NCBI GenBank assembly: GCA_043821645.1
Contig: JBDRCO010000076.1
Coordinates: forward strand, 96,001 to 160,000
Direction: 5' to 3'
DNA length: 64,000 nt
DNA from: Pseudomonadota bacterium
GTDB taxonomy: Bacteria; Myxococcota; JACRCW01; JAFGSX01
Part shown: piece after piece, positions 22,429 to 32,600 of the stretch
How the letters are laid out: every line of letters starts with the position of its first letter
How positions within the stretch are numbered: the first letter of the stretch is position 1
Program-made: the position numbers and the translations under genes
The notes under the pieces: generated by a model
What the model was told of the DNA's origin: nothing
The model's database searches: none
Seen by the model: only the letters and a program-made list of their open reading frames with translations

Positions 22429-23930
22429 GATGGTTCCAGCTCCTGTGCCGGGCGGTGCAGGATGGCCTGCGCGGCCACGGCGCCGGTGATCATTGCGGGC
22501 ACGATGCCCTGGCCATGGCCCGCCGCGTCTCCCACGACGAAGAGCCCTGGCCGCGCGGTCTGGCAGTCGGCATCCAGCGCCACGCGAGGCCACAGGAACT
22601 CGAGCTCGGGGCCCACCACCAGGATCTGCTCCAACATCTCTTCAAGCGCAGGCTGCAGCGCGCTGGCCTCGTGGATCGCGGCCAGGGTGCGCTGAATTCC
22701 CTGGACCAGATGCGCGTGTGACACCCCGTCGAACAGAGCATGCACGGGGCCACAGCGCAGGTCCTGCAGGGAGGGAACGAAGGGGAGTTCGCCTCGAAGC
22801 GCGTCCCAATCCTGGGCGGGTTGGCTCCCCGCCATGAAGTCCCCCAGGCGCTGTACCAGGGGACGGCCCCCGCTGAGATCGCGGTAGCGCGGGAGCACCT
22901 CGCCATCGAGCCACGCCGTGCCGTCGCGCGCACTGGCGGGTGTCTGCACGAGCACGGCGAAGTTGGCTGGCGCTTGTGCCAGCGAGGTCGCAGGGTGGAC
23001 CACAACATGACCATCGAGGCTGATCAGCGTCGAGCCGAAGGCATCCTGGTAGTTGGTGAGCTTGATCCGGCCACCCCCTGGACCGGCGCAGAAGCAGAAG
23101 GTCTTGACCTTGTGGCCGTCGTCCAGACGCCAGTTGACCTTGAGATCCGGATGCACGCGCCCGGCAGCCGCGAGCCAGGCCGCGGGCATCTCGAGGCGGA
23201 CACCGATGGAGGACGCGGGGGCCTGCAGGGCGATGCCCAGCCTGCGCAGCAAGGATGCATGGTGGCGAACACTGCGCCGCCCGCCGGCCAGGATCAGGTG
23301 GCGCGCGTGCACGGTCGCGGCACCCGCAGCACTGCGCAGGTGGAGTTCGAAGCCCCCAGGTTCCGCAGTGACGTCGATCAGTTCTGTGCCCAGGCGCACA
23401 GGAGATAGCCGGAACCGTGACGTCAGTTCGCGCTCCATGGCGACCAGGACACGTGACAGCGAGGACTCGGGGAGCACCGCCACGGGGTATTCGCGAATCG
23501 ACAGGCCGTGCGACGCAAAGGTCTTGTGCCACGAGGCATCCACGGCATGTCCCACCAGCTGCAAGGACTCTCCGAGCCAGACCTCGAGCCGCGTCGCCAT
23601 CGCGCTGGATAGCCGCCCGGCCCGCGCCTCGCCGAGCAAGTGGGCCAGGTGTCGGGCACAGGGCATCAGGCTGATCTTGGCGCCGTCGCCGTCGTGCAGG
23701 CAGCCACCGAAACCGCTGACCACGTGGCACACACCGCCGCAACCCTCGCAACGGTGACCGGCGTCGGCGGGGCAGGGGCGGGACTGCCGATCACGGCCGA
23801 GTTCGAATAGCCGGACCTCGAGCCCGGGCTGTGCGGACAGCTCGAGAGCTGCGGTGAGCCCGGCCGGACCCGCGCCCACGATGGCGACATCGATGCTGCG
23901 TCCCACGGATCGTCCTTTGATCAGGCGCAC
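22425..23930 (-). CDS. FAD-dependent oxidoreductase (COG2509-like) with N-terminal Cys cluster
   Basis: VAIVGAGPAG Rossmann motif, CP..C.GC..VC, IGVRLE, KTFCFC, GLFVVGDAAG. Confidence 0.8.
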   Translation of the reverse strand: MRLIKGRSVGRSIDVAIVGAGPAGLTAALELSAQPGLEVRLFELGRDRQSRPCPADAGHRCEGCGGVCHVVSGFGGCLHDGDGAKISLMPCARHLAHLLGEARAGRLSSAMATRLEVWLGESLQLVGHAVDASWHKTFASHGLSIREYPVAVLPESSLSRVLVAMERELTSRFRLSPVRLGTELIDVTAEPGGFELHLRSAAGAATVHARHLILAGGRRSVRHHASLLRRLGIALQAPASSIGVRLEMPAAWLAAAGRVHPDLKVNWRLDDGHKVKTFCFCAGPGGGRIKLTNYQDAFGSTLISLDGHVVVHPATSLAQAPANFAVLVQTPASARDGTAWLDGEVLPRYRDLSGGRPLVQRLGDFMAGSQPAQDWDALRGELPFVPSLQDLRCGPVHALFDGVSHAHLVQGIQRTLAAIHEASALQPALEEMLEQILVVGPELEFLWPRVALDADCQTARPGLFVVGDAAGHGQGIVPAMITGAVAAQAILHRPAQELEPS

Positions 23931-24091
23931 CCGAGCCTGCCTGGCCCAACGTAAGAAAATCGGCAGTTGGCGTCAAAGCGTTGCGTCGCATGCGCAGGCC
24001 AAAAAATTGCGGGTGGGCGGACATGGCCTTACGGTGGAGGCACGTGGCGCCGCCAGGGTCCAGCAGGCGACAACGGCGCCGGAGGTCGAAC

Positions 24092-24271
24092 ATGCGAGAG
24101 AGCATTGCGGTCCGTCATCGCCCCACGCTGCTGCGCATCCCCGAGCCCGACTTGCTGGCACTGCGCCACCTCGCCGAGCGCACCCGCGTCCCTCAGAGCG
24201 CCTACCTCCGCGAGGCCATTGGCGATCTGCTCGTGAAGTACCGCCACGTGTTCGAGGCAGACGAGGGCTGA
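24092..24271 (+). CDS. Ribbon-helix-helix DNA-binding protein
   Basis: TLLRI..PDLLALRHLAERTRVPQSAYLREAIGDLLVKY; GGAGG SD. Confidence 0.75.
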   Translation: MRESIAVRHRPTLLRIPEPDLLALRHLAERTRVPQSAYLREAIGDLLVKYRHVFEADEG

Positions 24272-24298
24272 GCTCTCGCCACACCCAGGAGGACAGCC

Positions 24299-24460
24299 AT
24301 GCATCATCCGACCTTCCCCGTGTCCTGGCAGGAGATCGCCGCGAGCTACGATCCTCGGGGTCTACCCTTCCTGCGCTATTACCAGGAAGCGGGCATGCTG
24401 CAGCGACATCAGGATCCTGTCTCGACGATCCTGGTGCGCGGCGACGACGGGGAGCGATGA
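24299..24460 (+). CDS. Small hypothetical protein, 53 aa (absent from ORF track)
   Basis: AGGAGG at 24287-24292, 6 nt before ATG; MHHPTFPVSWQEIAASYDPRGLPFLRYYQEAGMLQRHQDPVSTILVRGDDGER. Confidence 0.45.
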   Translation: MHHPTFPVSWQEIAASYDPRGLPFLRYYQEAGMLQRHQDPVSTILVRGDDGER

Positions 24461-24535
24461 GATGCAAGGCCCCGACGACAGAACCCGACCTGAGCCTGGA
24501 CCGCGCCAGCGCAGCCTGCGCCGTCCCCGCACACT

Positions 24536-25378
24536 TCACGCGCAGCTGGTCGAGATCGAGACCAGGCTCGACTGTGGCCTCGAACTCCCCGAACCCTCGC
24601 GCTCGCCCGCCGGAACGCCAAGATCGTCGGGATCATAAAGCACGCGCATCAGGTGGAGCCCGTGCGCCGGAGCCGTGCGGCCTGCGGCCAGCCGCTGCCG
24701 GGCCGCGAGCGCTGAGTCCAGATCGCCTGCCGCGCGCTCGCCCGAGCCCACCTCCACCAGGGTGCCGACCAGGGTGCGGACCATGCGCCGGAGAAAGCGA
24801 TCGGCCCGCACGTCCAGGACCGTCAGACCGCCCCCGTGACGAACATGTAACTCTTCTATATTACATACATTATTTGCGTTCTCGCGAGGTCTCATGGCGA
24901 AGCTCGTGAAGTCGTGCCTCCCGCGCAAGCACGCTGCCGCTTGCTGCATGGCGTCCACATCGAGCCGCACGGGGAGGCGCCAGGAACGCCGCGGAGTCTC
25001 GCCGGTGACCGGGTTCTCGGCGTCCTCCACCAGGTAGCGGTACCAGCGCAGCCGCGCACTGGCGCGAGCGTGGAAGCGCCGCGGAACCTCGGTGCAGGCG
25101 CGCACCCAGATCCCGTGGGGCAGACAGGCGTTGATAGCTGCAGGCAAGCTGGTGGCGGGAGCAGGGGCAGCGGTCTTGAAGCTCACCACCTGCCCCAAGG
25201 CGTGAACGCCGGCGTCGGTGCGTCCGGCGGGGACCAGCGCCCAGGGTGCAGCACCCAGGACTTGCCCCAGGGCCTGACGGAGGTGATTTTCGACGGTGGG
25301 CAGATCGCCCTGACGCGCGAAGCCGTGCCAGAGATCGCCGCGGTACGACAGCAGGAGCGCCAGGCGATGCGGTAGCAT
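24536..25378 (-). CDS. truA: tRNA pseudouridine(38-40) synthase
   Basis: SYRG..WHGF, AGRTDAGVHALGQ, FHAR, HDFTSF, FLRRMVR, TAPAHGL. Confidence 0.93.
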   Translation of the reverse strand: MLPHRLALLLSYRGDLWHGFARQGDLPTVENHLRQALGQVLGAAPWALVPAGRTDAGVHALGQVVSFKTAAPAPATSLPAAINACLPHGIWVRACTEVPRRFHARASARLRWYRYLVEDAENPVTGETPRRSWRLPVRLDVDAMQQAAACLRGRHDFTSFAMRPRENANNVCNIEELHVRHGGGLTVLDVRADRFLRRMVRTLVGTLVEVGSGERAAGDLDSALAARQRLAAGRTAPAHGLHLMRVLYDPDDLGVPAGEREGSGSSRPQSSLVSISTSCA

Positions 25379-25441
25379 GCTCTCCCCTCGCGCGGAGGAC
25401 GGGAGGGCGCTAAAATACTCTTTTCGAGGAGTGATCACAGC

Positions 25442-26473
25442 ATGGAAGAACAGGGCGCGCCCTTTGATCTGGACCTCGGTGCGCGGGAGATCGAGTCCGG
25501 CTGGCTCTACAAGGAGCGCGGCGTGGTGTGTGGACCTGTGTCCGCCGCTGTGCTCATCGACAAGCTCTTTGCCAGCGCTCTGGACGGCGACACCAGCGTC
25601 TCGCCCGAGTTCGGCGAGTGGCGCCCGCTTCGCGACGTGCCCGAATTCGAGGGACCGCTGGCGAAGGCCCAGCAGGCCATCGCGGCCGAGAAGGCGCGTC
25701 AGGAGCAGCGGCGGCTCCGGCGCAACATCGTGCTGGGGCGTGCGGGGCTCGTGATCTTCGTCGCCATTGCGTTCAGCAGCACGGGTTTCTTCAGTGGGCG
25801 CTACCTCGCCACGGCCCGCCCCTGGGAGGATCACACCGACTGGGTGTCCCGGGCGCCGACCATCGTCGCGCTCTCGGTCAAGCCCGTCGTCAAGCCTGCA
25901 CCTGGAGTCCGCGCAGAAGCCGCGACAGCTGCGGGCACCGGTGACGCAGACGCGCAGCGCGAAGGCCCGACTGTGGCCAGTGCCGCAAGCGCGTCACGGG
26001 ACAGCCGGCGTTCGAGTTCGTCGAACCGTCGATCCTCCTCGTCGTCGTCCTCCTCCACGGCGACCAAGGACAGCAAGCGAGCGGACCCGGTTGCGAGCGC
26101 GCACGGCGATGCTGCCAAGGACGAGCTGAAGGTCGGTGCGGCGAGCGCGGGGGCGATGGACTACAACGCTGCCGGGCTGCCCCGCTCGCTGACCCAGAAC
26201 CAGATCATGAAGGTACTGGCGACCCAGAAGGGGAGCATCGTCAACTGCCTGTCGGCCGAGGCCAAGATCAACACGGACATGCCGGAGACCGTGACCATCG
26301 AGTTCGTGGTCACGGCGGAGGGGACGCCGGCGGAGTTCAAGGTGCTGGAACGGCAGGTTCGCGAGGGCAACCTGGCGGCATGCCTTCGATCCAAGGTGAT
26401 GGTTCTGCGCTGGCCCAAGGTCTATGGTGAGAACAAGACGGTCAAGATCCCCTTCAACATCAAGCGCCGCTAG
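25442..26473 (+). CDS. GYF_2 / AgmX-PglI C-terminal domain protein (GltJ-like gliding motility family)
   Basis: N-terminal WLY....GPVS...W, single TM, Ser-rich linker, C-terminal TonB-like L...I..V...I..C...LA.CL...PF. Confidence 0.7.
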   Translation: MEEQGAPFDLDLGAREIESGWLYKERGVVCGPVSAAVLIDKLFASALDGDTSVSPEFGEWRPLRDVPEFEGPLAKAQQAIAAEKARQEQRRLRRNIVLGRAGLVIFVAIAFSSTGFFSGRYLATARPWEDHTDWVSRAPTIVALSVKPVVKPAPGVRAEAATAAGTGDADAQREGPTVASAASASRDSRRSSSSNRRSSSSSSSSTATKDSKRADPVASAHGDAAKDELKVGAASAGAMDYNAAGLPRSLTQNQIMKVLATQKGSIVNCLSAEAKINTDMPETVTIEFVVTAEGTPAEFKVLERQVREGNLAACLRSKVMVLRWPKVYGENKTVKIPFNIKRR

Positions 26474-26476
26474 GTC

Positions 26477-27052
26477 TCACTCGACGCGCAGCTCGGCGTC
26501 GTGTTCGCCGACCACCACAGCCTCGAATACCTCGATGTGGCAGTCCGGGTCCTGCCAGGTGCCCGGGGCGAGGCCGGCCTTGATGCAGGTCTGGTCGAGA
26601 AAGGTCTCGCGGTTCCAGTGGTGCTCGGTGGCCACCTGGGGCAGCAGCACGCCGCGATGATGGTTGTGCGAGATGCACAGCCCGTGTCGTCCAACCTCGA
26701 CCACGGCAATGTTCTTCACAGGCTCCAGCGGTGTGAGCAACGAGATCTCGATGTCGATGTGCTCGACATCTCCCGCCTGCAGGGGCCGGAACCGAGGATC
26801 CCGCAACGCTGCAGCCTCGGCCATCTCGCGGATGGTACCCAAGATGCTCGGGCTCGGCGCGAAGGTCCCGATGCAGCCGCGCAGCATGCCGTCGTGGTGC
26901 AGGGTGACGAAGGCGCCATGGCTGGTGAAATCCTCTGGCAGGTCGGCAGTCGAGGCGCGATCGGTGGGTGCGCCCACGGCCTGCTGCACCGCCCTGCGCG
27001 CAACGCGGAGGAGCTGGCGACGCTGCCTGGGCGTGAGATCGGTGGCGTTCAC
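26477..27052 (-). CDS. AMMECR1-family protein (AmmeMemoRadiSam protein A)
   Basis: GAFVTL...LRGCIG, AALRDPRF, EISLLTP, GVLLPQV, KAGL. Confidence 0.92.
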   Translation of the reverse strand: MNATDLTPRQRRQLLRVARRAVQQAVGAPTDRASTADLPEDFTSHGAFVTLHHDGMLRGCIGTFAPSPSILGTIREMAEAAALRDPRFRPLQAGDVEHIDIEISLLTPLEPVKNIAVVEVGRHGLCISHNHHRGVLLPQVATEHHWNRETFLDQTCIKAGLAPGTWQDPDCHIEVFEAVVVGEHDAELRVE

Positions 27053-27080
27053 GGAGCCCTCCGCTGACGCCGGGGTGGCG

Positions 27081-27707
27081 CTAGTTGGCGATCCAGCTCA
27101 GGTCGCCAGCACCCTCGCGCAGGACGACGGGGTAGGGCCCGGTGAGGTCGACCACGGAGGACAGGGGCCTCTCGAGGCGGCCAGCGTCGAGCAGCAGGTC
27201 GATGCCGTGGCCCATGTGCACCTCGATCTCGTCGGGCTCGAACAGTCGAAGCTCGCCGACCCGGGTGCTGGTCGAGATGATGGGCTTGGCCAGGCGCCGG
27301 GCGATGGCCAGGCACACCGGAGAGTCAGGGACGCGGATGCCCACGGTCATGCGCTTGGACTGCAGGATCTTGGGGACCTCGGGAGTGGCTCGGACCACGA
27401 AGGTGTAGGGACCGGGCAGCAGCCGGCGCATGGTGCGGAACGACTCGTTTTCCACCATGGCGTAGCGCGCGATGTCGACGAGGTCCGGCACGATGAAGGA
27501 CATCAGGTGGTCGTCGGGGAGACCCTTGAGCCGGTGCACACGTTCGATCGCTTCACGGGAGAAGATGCTGCACCCGACCCCGTAGGTGGTGTCCGTGGGA
27601 TATGCGATCACGCCGCTCGACTCCAGTATCTCCACGGCGCGGGCCACCTTGCCCGGTTCGGGGTCGTTGGGGTCGATTCTAAGCCGCGTACAAGTGGGAT
27701 GCGCCAT
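27081..27707 (-). CDS. Sua5/YrdC/YciO family protein (YciO-like)
   Basis: GVIAYPTDTTYG, LLPGPYT, VGIRVPD, PIISTS, SSVVDL. Confidence 0.9.
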   Translation of the reverse strand: MAHPTCTRLRIDPNDPEPGKVARAVEILESSGVIAYPTDTTYGVGCSIFSREAIERVHRLKGLPDDHLMSFIVPDLVDIARYAMVENESFRTMRRLLPGPYTFVVRATPEVPKILQSKRMTVGIRVPDSPVCLAIARRLAKPIISTSTRVGELRLFEPDEIEVHMGHGIDLLLDAGRLERPLSSVVDLTGPYPVVLREGAGDLSWIAN

Positions 27708-27915
27708 CCGTGCGCCTCGACGTCCAGGGCGAGTGAAGCCTCGCCGTGCTGAGAAAGGCGAGCAGCATACACGAGAACATGTGGCAGATGAAGCCTCAGC
27801 TGCACAGAAGCGCGAGGCCGGGCCAGGCCAATTTCTGCACCTCTCAGGACTGCGGAGCTATCATGGGAGCAGGCACGGGCGGGTCCATGGGCAGGGCGCC
27901 CGGTGGAGCGATGCA

Positions 27916-29643
27916 GTGGTGCGATTTCTGGCGGCCCTGGTGGTGCTGCTGACGTCCAACCTGGCGTGGTCGGCGCCAGTGCGCGTGGTCATCCTGAGCT
28001 TCGAGGGTCCCTCGAGTGGCGGGGCCGAGCTTGCGGACGCTGTCGAGCTCGAACTCGAGCTGGCCGAAGGCGTGGTCCTGGTGCCCCGGCGCCCCGTCGA
28101 GAAGCGACTGCGCCGCGGACGCGACCGGCTCTCGGCCGATTCGGTGAGTTCGGCCCTGCGCAGCTCCGAGGCGGATCTTGCGCTGACCGGGCAGGGGCGG
28201 GATAGCCGCGATGGTCCGGTCATCGATATCCGGGCGTACACACGGGATGGGCAGATGGTGGTGAACGAGGTGTTCACCCTGACTTCCGACGAACCGGACG
28301 CGGATACCCTGGCACCCCTCATCGCCGATTCCCTGCGCGAGGCGGTGGCCAGCGGGTTGCGTGAAGTGCGCCCCAGAGCCGAGCCCGAAGAGGAGCCTGC
28401 CGTGGCCCGGAGCACGGCGCGAAGCGATGACGACCTCTTCGTCGATGACGCCGAACTCGAGGGCCGGAGGCCGGTGACGGAAGCGCCTCCCAGGGACAGC
28501 TCGCGGGACAGTTCGCGCGATGGTGACCGGGGAGGGCGCAGGCTCGACGACGATGCCGGCACAGACCGCGGCGGCCGGCCGGTGATCACGGAGCAACCGG
28601 AGCCCGAGCGCTCCCGCAGTGGCTGGGGTGACCACTACCGCGACGAGGACCAAGGGGACGACCGTGCGGGCCGCGACAACCCAGGTCGCGATCGTGACCG
28701 GAGTTCGCGCCGTGATGATCCCGGGGACCAGGATCGGAGGCGCGATGAGCGCGACGACCGCGATCGGGGGCGGCGACGCCTGCTGGATGAGGGCGAGGAA
28801 GACTGGGACCGCCGCGTCATCGCACCCGTCCGGCGTGAGGAACCGCGCCCCCGGGTGGGTGACATCGACGCTGGCACAGACAGTGGTGAGCGCACGGGTG
28901 CCCGGGCACTCCTCCCCTACGTGGCGGTGGCTGCTGCCTTCGAGCCGCTGTACTGGAACTACGCCGTGGAGGCTGCCGCGGGCCGCAGCCGCGTGGACTG
29001 GAGCCCACTGTCTCCCCTGGCGGGTGGATCCTTGCGCCTCGAGGTGTGGCCCATCCCCTACGCCGGTGTCGACGCCCAGGCCCGCTTTGGCAAGGTGCAG
29101 GTTGACCTGACAGGCATCCCGGGACTCAACGAGAAGGCCATCGAGATCTATTTCTACGAGGCCCAGCTCCACCTGCGCGGGCAGTATCTGCTCGACGCGA
29201 CCTGGCCCGGCTTCGCCGTCGGAGCCCGGCTGGGCTACCGCTTCCTCATGGCCGACACCGCGCCGCAGACACCCTTCACCGTGGTGCCAGGCTACACCGC
29301 CCACATGCTCGCGCCTGGCGTCGACATACGCCTTCCGTTTCATCCCCAGTACGCCGTGCTCATGGCGAGCGCCGAGGTGGTGCCCTTCGCGCTGTACACC
29401 GAGGCGCCGGATGAACCCGGCCAACCCGGCAGCGCCTCGCTCTTTGGCTGGCGGGTGGACGCACTGTTTCGCAGCACCATCGCCTACGGCATCTTCGTCG
29501 AGCTGAGATTGTTCTACGAGGAGTTCTACGTCACCTACGCGGGAGCAGGAACCCGGACCGACGCCGGTGGGGGCGCGTTCGCCGACGGCAAGGTGACCAC
29601 GGGGCTGCGCGGTCTGTCCCTCGGCGCCGGATGGTCGTATTGA
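27916..29643 (+). CDS. Exported protein: N-terminal alpha/beta domain, Arg/Asp-rich linker, probable C-terminal outer-membrane beta-barrel
   Basis: Signal peptide (AWS|AP), RD-rich region ~28490-28830, amphipathic aromatic beta strands ending GAGWSY. Confidence 0.65.
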   Translation: MVRFLAALVVLLTSNLAWSAPVRVVILSFEGPSSGGAELADAVELELELAEGVVLVPRRPVEKRLRRGRDRLSADSVSSALRSSEADLALTGQGRDSRDGPVIDIRAYTRDGQMVVNEVFTLTSDEPDADTLAPLIADSLREAVASGLREVRPRAEPEEEPAVARSTARSDDDLFVDDAELEGRRPVTEAPPRDSSRDSSRDGDRGGRRLDDDAGTDRGGRPVITEQPEPERSRSGWGDHYRDEDQGDDRAGRDNPGRDRDRSSRRDDPGDQDRRRDERDDRDRGRRRLLDEGEEDWDRRVIAPVRREEPRPRVGDIDAGTDSGERTGARALLPYVAVAAAFEPLYWNYAVEAAAGRSRVDWSPLSPLAGGSLRLEVWPIPYAGVDAQARFGKVQVDLTGIPGLNEKAIEIYFYEAQLHLRGQYLLDATWPGFAVGARLGYRFLMADTAPQTPFTVVPGYTAHMLAPGVDIRLPFHPQYAVLMASAEVVPFALYTEAPDEPGQPGSASLFGWRVDALFRSTIAYGIFVELRLFYEEFYVTYAGAGTRTDAGGGAFADGKVTTGLRGLSLGAGWSY

Positions 29644-32600
29644 GCAGCCTCTGGTCCGAGTTCCCGGTGCGACGTCCCGTGGCCGTGGTCATGGCGACGA
29701 CGGCCGTGCTGGTGTTCGGGCTGGTCTCGTACGCGCGCCTGCCCCTGGCGCTGTTTCCGGAGCTGACCTATCCCACCCTGACCATTCGCACCAGCTACCC
29801 CGGTGCCGCGCCCGAGGAGGTCGAGGAGGCGGTGGTCCGACCCATCGAGGAGCTGGTGGCGACGGTGGATGGCCTGGTGCGCATGCGCTCGGCGGCGCGG
29901 GCCGACGGTGCCGACGTGGTGCTCGAGTTTGGCTGGGGCTGGTCGATGGTGAACGCAGCCCAGGACGTGCGCGAGCGCATCGACGTGCTGCAGTTGCCCG
30001 AGGGTGTGCAGCGGCCCTTGCTGCTTCGCTACGACCCCTCGCTGGATCCCATCCTGCGCGTGGGCCTACTGGCCGAGGCCGGTAGCCTGTCCCTGGGAGA
30101 GCTGCGGGATTATGCGGATCAGCACCTCCGCCGCGAACTGGAACGCGTGCCTGGCGTGGCCTCGGTCTCGGTCCTCGGTGGCGAGGAGCGCGAGGTCGAA
30201 GTGGCGCTGGACAGCGCCCGTCTGACCGCGGTGGGCCTGACCGCGGCGCAGGTCAGTGCGCGCCTCAAGGCCGAGAACATCAACGTTGCGGGTGGCGATC
30301 TGCGCGAGGGCAACGCCCAGTACCTGGTGCGCACCCTGCACCAGCTGCGCAGTCTCGACGCGATCCGCGACGTGGTCCTGCTTCGTCGCGACGAGGCCTA
30401 CGTGCGGCTTGGCGACGTCGCCACGGTGGCGCTGGTGGCCAGGCGACCGACACACCGTGCGCGCTTCGCTGGCCGCGAGGGGGTGGAGCTGGCGGTGTTC
30501 AAGGAGGCCGACGCCAACATCGTGCAGACAGCCCGGGCCGTGCGCACCAGGCTCTCCGTCGACGAGAACGAGACCGGTGCAGAGCGGCCCTCGTCGCGCG
30601 TTGCCGCCGCCAAGGCGAAAGGCAAGAGCGCGCGGGCGCGCCGCGGCAAGGTGCAGGCGTCCCAGGGCGTCGAGCTGCCCGGCGGCGTCCGGGTCGTGGT
30701 GCTCACCGATCAGAGCCGCTTCATCGAGGCGGCGCTGAGCGAGGTGCGGCAGGCCGCGTGGACAGGTGGGCTGCTTGCCATGCTGATCCTCTACCTCTTC
30801 CTGCGCACCCTGCGCGCCACCCTGATCACGGCCGTGGCCATCCCGGTCTCGGTGGTGGTGACCTTTGCCCCGCTGTCCCTCGCCGGGGTAAGCCTCAACA
30901 TCATGAGTCTGGGAGGGCTCGCCCTGGGCATTGGCATGCTCGTCGACAACGCGGTGGTGGTGCTGGAGTCCATCGCCCGCTGCCGCGAGGAGGGCGACAG
31001 CCTGGCGCGGGCCGCGGTGCGAGGGACGAGCGAGGTGGGAGGGGCGGTCGCGGCCTCGACGCTGACCACGGTCGCGGTGTTTGCCCCCATGGTCTTCGTC
31101 GAGGGCGTGGCAGGCCAGGTGTTCGGCGACCTGGCGCTCAGCGTGGTGTCCTCGCTGCTGGCCTCGCTGGCTGTCGCCCTGACCCTGATGCCCATGCTGG
31201 CCTCGCGCGATGTCGACGCACAGGGTGTCGCGGCCGGGACGCGTCATCCTCGCGAGGCGGCGCGCCGGCTCGTCTCCGGGTGCACGCAGCCCTGGCGCAG
31301 ACATCGTCGCTGGTGGCACTGGCTGCTGGTCCTGCCCTATCTGCTGCTGCGGACCGCAGCCCTGGCCGCATTCTCGACGGTGGGATGGCTGCTCTTCACG
31401 CAGTACTGGCTGGCGGTGAAAGCCGGGCGTGCAAGCCTGCGCGTCCTGGGTGGGATGGAAGGTCGCATCGGGATCCTGCTCTTCTCGCCCTTTGACCGGG
31501 GCTATCTCCTCCTCGACCGCACCCTGCAGGCGACCCTGCGCCAGAGCTTTTTCCGTCCGTGGCTGGTGCTCGGGCCGACGCTGGTGCTCACGACCCTGGC
31601 TCTGTTCGCGCTGCCCTCGCTGGGCTCCAGCCTGGTTCCCGACGTCAACCGGGGCCTGTTTGATATCCGTGTCAGCTTCCCTGTGGGCACGCCTCTGGAC
31701 CAGACACTGCGCCAGCTGGAGCCAGTGGAAAGGATCCTGGCGGCACGTCCCGAAGTTGCGCTTCTGTCCACTTTCGCAGGCGTGTCCGACGAGCTCTGGC
31801 AACAGAGCAGCGAGGGTGAGCACACGGCCCAGGTTCGCGTCCAGCTCAGGCCGGGGAACAAGGTCCTGGCCCGAGAAGCGCAGATCATGGACCTGGCGCG
31901 CTCGGCCCTGGCGCAGATTCCTGAGGTCCAGGTGCGCCTCGAGCGGCCTCCCTTGTTCAGCTTCGCAGCCCCGGTCGAGGTCCAGATCACCGGTGTCGAC
32001 ATCGAGCCCCTGCAGCAGGCGACAGTGCTCGTGTTGCAGACCCTGCGCAGCCTCCCCACGCTCACCGACATCGAGTCGAGTGCAGCCGCTGGCTTACCCG
32101 AGGTTCACGTCGAGCTGCGCCAGGCCTCCCTGGCCCAGCTCGGGCTCGACGCCGAGACTGTCGCCCAGACCGTGCGCGATCAGATTCACGGCCGCGACGC
32201 CTCGCTGTACCGCCCGGCGCGGAGTACTGGCGATCGTTTCGACATCGTGGTGCGCGGCGACCTGGGTCCGCTGCCACGCGTGCGTGAGCTTGCGGGTATT
32301 CCGGTGTCTCACGTCGACGGTGTGGCGGTCCCACTGGGAGCCGTGGCCGAGCTCCGCCACGGGCTGGGACCGGTCGAGGTGCAGCATCTTGACGGCATTC
32401 GCGGCGTCATTCTCCAGGCGGGACTCGCCGAGGACGTGGACCTGGCACGCGCTGCCACCTCGATCAGGGACGCGGTGGCTGGGCTCGCGCTCCCCGTGGG
32501 TGTCGACGTGCGCGTTGCGGGGCAAGATGTCGAGCGCGCGCAGGCCATGCGTTCGCTTCAGCTGGCCCTGGCCCTCGCGGTGTTCCTGGTCTTCGCGGTC

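Noticed and set aside
21931-24535. Mobile element or prophage remnant around the oxidoreductase islet
   Set aside because: No integrase, transposase, terminal repeats or tRNA attachment site visible
24457-24638. Further small ORF(s) downstream of the 53-aa ORF
   Set aside because: Ambiguous frame, overlap with the truA 3' end, no motif support
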